A stretch of 50,391 nt of DNA. It comes from an uncultured Rubrivivax sp. GTDB taxonomy: Bacteria; Pseudomonadota; Gammaproteobacteria; Burkholderiales; Burkholderiaceae_C. A program made the translations under genes and the position numbers. The stretch lies in assembly GCA_964442175.1 (NCBI GenBank), contig CAYTWU010000001.1, forward strand, positions 1 to 50,391, given 5' to 3'. Below are positions 48,632-50,391 of the stretch, in pieces (the first letter of the stretch is position 1; every line of letters starts with the position of its first letter). The notes under the pieces are model-generated. The model saw nothing but the letters and a program-made list of their open reading frames with translations. It ran no database searches and was not told the origin of the DNA.

Positions 48632-49473
48632 GGCCACTGCTCCCGCAGCGCTTGCACGCTCCGGGTCGTGAGTGCGGGCGCGTCGGCTCCGTCCTGACCG
48701 AGCCAAAATTGCGATCCTAGGAGGCATTCGTACGCAACTGACCAGCCCGCGACCTGCCAAGCGGCCAGCAACTCCTGCTGGTGGGGCAGCGGTTGCGGGC
48801 GCGGGCGGGGATTCAAGTCCAGCCAGACCAGCTGACCGGGCGGGTGCGCGACCGGAGGCAACAAGCGCAGATCCGCTGTGGCTTGGATTAGGTTCGGGCT
48901 GACCGGGTAACCTGCGACAACCACGGATTCGCCCGCCTGCCAGGCCTCCCGGGTAGCCGCCATTGCCGGGCCCGCCTTTTGGCCGCGTGCCAGCGCGCTG
49001 GCGGCCTGCTGCCGCAGCCAGTGGCGTTGCAGGTCCTGCCCATCCAGCATGGGCTGCCACCACAACAGGTGCTGGGCAGGCAAGTCCGGCCCCAGCACAC
49101 TGCAGGCCAGCACTGCACCAGCCCGCTCGGCCCACAGCCAGAGCGGCACCCCCGGGTGTTGTTGCAGCAACCACGCCGCAGCGCGGCGCAGGTCGACTGT
49201 CCAGGCGCCCCAGTCTGAATCGACCAGTTCTCCACTGCTGTCGCCGCAACCCAGAAGGTCCAACTGCAGCACTGCGGCACCGGCTGCGGCCATCGCCCGT
49301 GCAGCCGTGGCCACCGCGTGCCGCGACAGGTTCATCTCTTCGTCGAACGCGGGTACATGCAGCACCAGTACTCGTACGTGTTGGCCCTGAGGCGGCACCG
49401 TCAGAACGCAAAATCGATGACCACCGGCGCCGTCAGGGAGCATCAGAGGTTGCGGGTGGATGCTGGCGCCCAT
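48628..49473 (-). CDS. Hydrolase 2, exosortase A system-associated (TIGR03101-like)
   Basis: PAFDEEMN.SR, DLLGCGDSSG, WQP, VAGY, FW; start ATG49473 (TTG49479 alternative). Confidence 0.85.
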   Translation of the reverse strand: MGASIHPQPLMLPDGAGGHRFCVLTVPPQGQHVRVLVLHVPAFDEEMNLSRHAVATAARAMAAAGAAVLQLDLLGCGDSSGELVDSDWGAWTVDLRRAAAWLLQQHPGVPLWLWAERAGAVLACSVLGPDLPAQHLLWWQPMLDGQDLQRHWLRQQAASALARGQKAGPAMAATREAWQAGESVVVAGYPVSPNLIQATADLRLLPPVAHPPGQLVWLDLNPRPRPQPLPHQQELLAAWQVAGWSVAYECLLGSQFWLGQDGADAPALTTRSVQALREQWP

Positions 49474-49479
49474 CACCAA

Positions 49480-49731
49480 TCAGGCCGCAAACTTCGGCTT
49501 CATGTGGTCGATCAGGCTGCCCACGGAGACCAAGGCGCCGGCGCTGATGTCCTCGGCGACCGACATGCCCAGCCGGTCCTCGAGCGCTGTGATCAAGGTC
49601 ATCACCGCCATCGAGTCGAACTCGGGATGAGCACCGTGCAGCAGCGTGTGGCGGTCCAGTGTCCGGGCCTGTGCGGCGTCGAATGCCAAGGCTTCGGCCA
49701 CGCAGGCAATGATTTCAGCTTCCAAGTCCAA
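49480..49731 (-). CDS. Acyl carrier protein, exosortase A-associated, about 83 aa
   Basis: LLHGAHPEFDSMAVMTLITALEDRLG with the phosphopantetheine DSM Ser; SD GGAGGAG 9 nt before TTG49731. Confidence 0.85.
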   Translation of the reverse strand: MDLEAEIIACVAEALAFDAAQARTLDRHTLLHGAHPEFDSMAVMTLITALEDRLGMSVAEDISAGALVSVGSLIDHMKPKFAA

Positions 49732-49886
49732 GGTCCATCGCTCCTCCCCCAATATTGTGAAGGCTGGTCACTGTGCTTGATGCCGGGCGGAGTGGCACAA
49801 CGTCACGCCTTGCCGCGCCGGTACACCGTGCCAACGGTCCCGTGACACGTTATGGTGTAGACGTTGTCGCCCGAGCCCGGCCCTGC

Positions 49887-50391
49887 GTGTACCTGTCCTG
49901 CCTGTTGCAACGTTCTGCCCATGCCCACCCCGACCGCACTGCGCTCGTCGATGGCTTGCACCGCTGGTCTTACGCTGAGCTCTGGCAGGCCACGGCAGGA
50001 CTCGCGGCGCAGATGGTCGCTGGGGCGCCGCTTCAGCGTGGCGATCGGGTAGCGGTCTGGCTCGAAACTCGCGCCGAAGTGGTGCTCACGTGCTGGGCTG
50101 CGGCGCAGGCCGGCGCGGCCTTCGTGCCAGTGCACGCCGGACTCAAACCCGAGCAGGTGCTGCATGTCCTGCAAGATGCACAGCCGCGATTGCTGGTGAC
50201 CAGCCGCGCCCGTCTGGCTTTGATGCACGACGCACACCCCCAGGCCGGCCTGCCGACCACCTGGTGCGTGGACGATGCCGGTTGGTCAGCGCGTGTCGCG
50301 CCGGATGCCCCCGCCCCCCGCCCCCCCCCCGCACCCCCCCCCCCCCCCCAACACGACACCCACCGCCGCCCCCGCCCCCCCCAAGGCGGGG
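49887..50391 (+). CDS. Acyl-CoA ligase (AMP-forming), exosortase A-associated (TIGR03098-like), 3'-truncated; absent from the ORF track
   Basis: Manual translation: ..HPDRTALVDG..WSYAEL...LQRGDRVAVWL...AGAAFVPV...LKPEQV.HVLQD...LLVT. The start is uncertain (GTG49887 or further upstream); divergent from the ACP. Confidence 0.8.
   Translation, partial: MYLSCLLQRSAHAHPDRTALVDGLHRWSYAELWQATAGLAAQMVAGAPLQRGDRVAVWLETRAEVVLTCWAAAQAGAAFVPVHAGLKPEQVLHVLQDAQPRLLVTSRARLALMHDAHPQAGLPTTWCVDDAGWSARVAPDAPAPRPPPAPPPPPQHDTHRRPRPPQGG
50307..50391. other. Poly-C low-complexity end, probably an unreliable contig end
   Basis: Long C homopolymer runs begin abruptly at the end of the window. Confidence 0.7.

Noticed and set aside
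46716..49411. ORF-track N-terminal extensions (46716..48293, 47777..49411; likewise starts 8878, 25860, 27891, 28862, 28936, 30669, 33496, 36919)
   Set aside because: They overlap neighbouring genes or precede family-typical N-termini; internal starts with overlaps or SD sites fit better.
49793..49833. Two TGGCAC motifs between the ACP and ligase as sigma-54 promoters
   Set aside because: Neither has GC at the required GG-N10-GC position (TGGCACAACGTCACGC; TGGCACGGTGTACCGG).
50307..50391. Poly-C tract as a phase-variation or G-quadruplex element
   Set aside because: It coincides with the sequence end and degrades an otherwise normal ORF; more likely a read-quality artefact.
1..50391. CRISPR arrays, tRNA/rRNA genes, prophage or defence genes
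   Set aside because: No repeat-spacer periodicity, RNA gene signatures or such proteins were recognised; nearly all the sequence is explained by EPS-locus genes.

Overview
High-GC DNA, probably from a Burkholderiales-like betaproteobacterium (inferred from gene content and style). After the 3' part of gltD, almost the whole window is one exosortase A (XrtA)/PEP-CTERM exopolysaccharide locus. It holds prsT-prsR-prsK and the priming sugar transferase; a PEP-CTERM protein with a sigma-54 promoter and terminator; the Wza/Wzc-type export operon ending in xrtA; and an amidotransferase, several GT4s, an O-ligase, deacetylase, flippase and methyltransferase. It ends with the ACP/hydrolase/GNAT/acyl-CoA ligase module. 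Main points: (1) A translationally coupled RiPP-like operon (Tat protein, PqqD/RRE, HPr-kinase-like, nucleotidyltransferase) with no peptidase or short precursor in the window, so possibly a whole-protein modification system. (2) The resident TIGR03087-type glycosyltransferase has three separate lesions, while an intact paralog lies in an inverted cassette next to IS66 scars, with a full GDP-D-glycero-alpha-D-manno-heptose pathway. (3) Three mini-ORFs bridge gene junctions with start/stop overlaps at both ends. (4) An orphan 825-aa Tat lipoprotein. Family names and TIGR numbers come from motif recognition and recalled synteny; no HMM or database search was run. No rRNA, tRNA or CRISPR array was seen.
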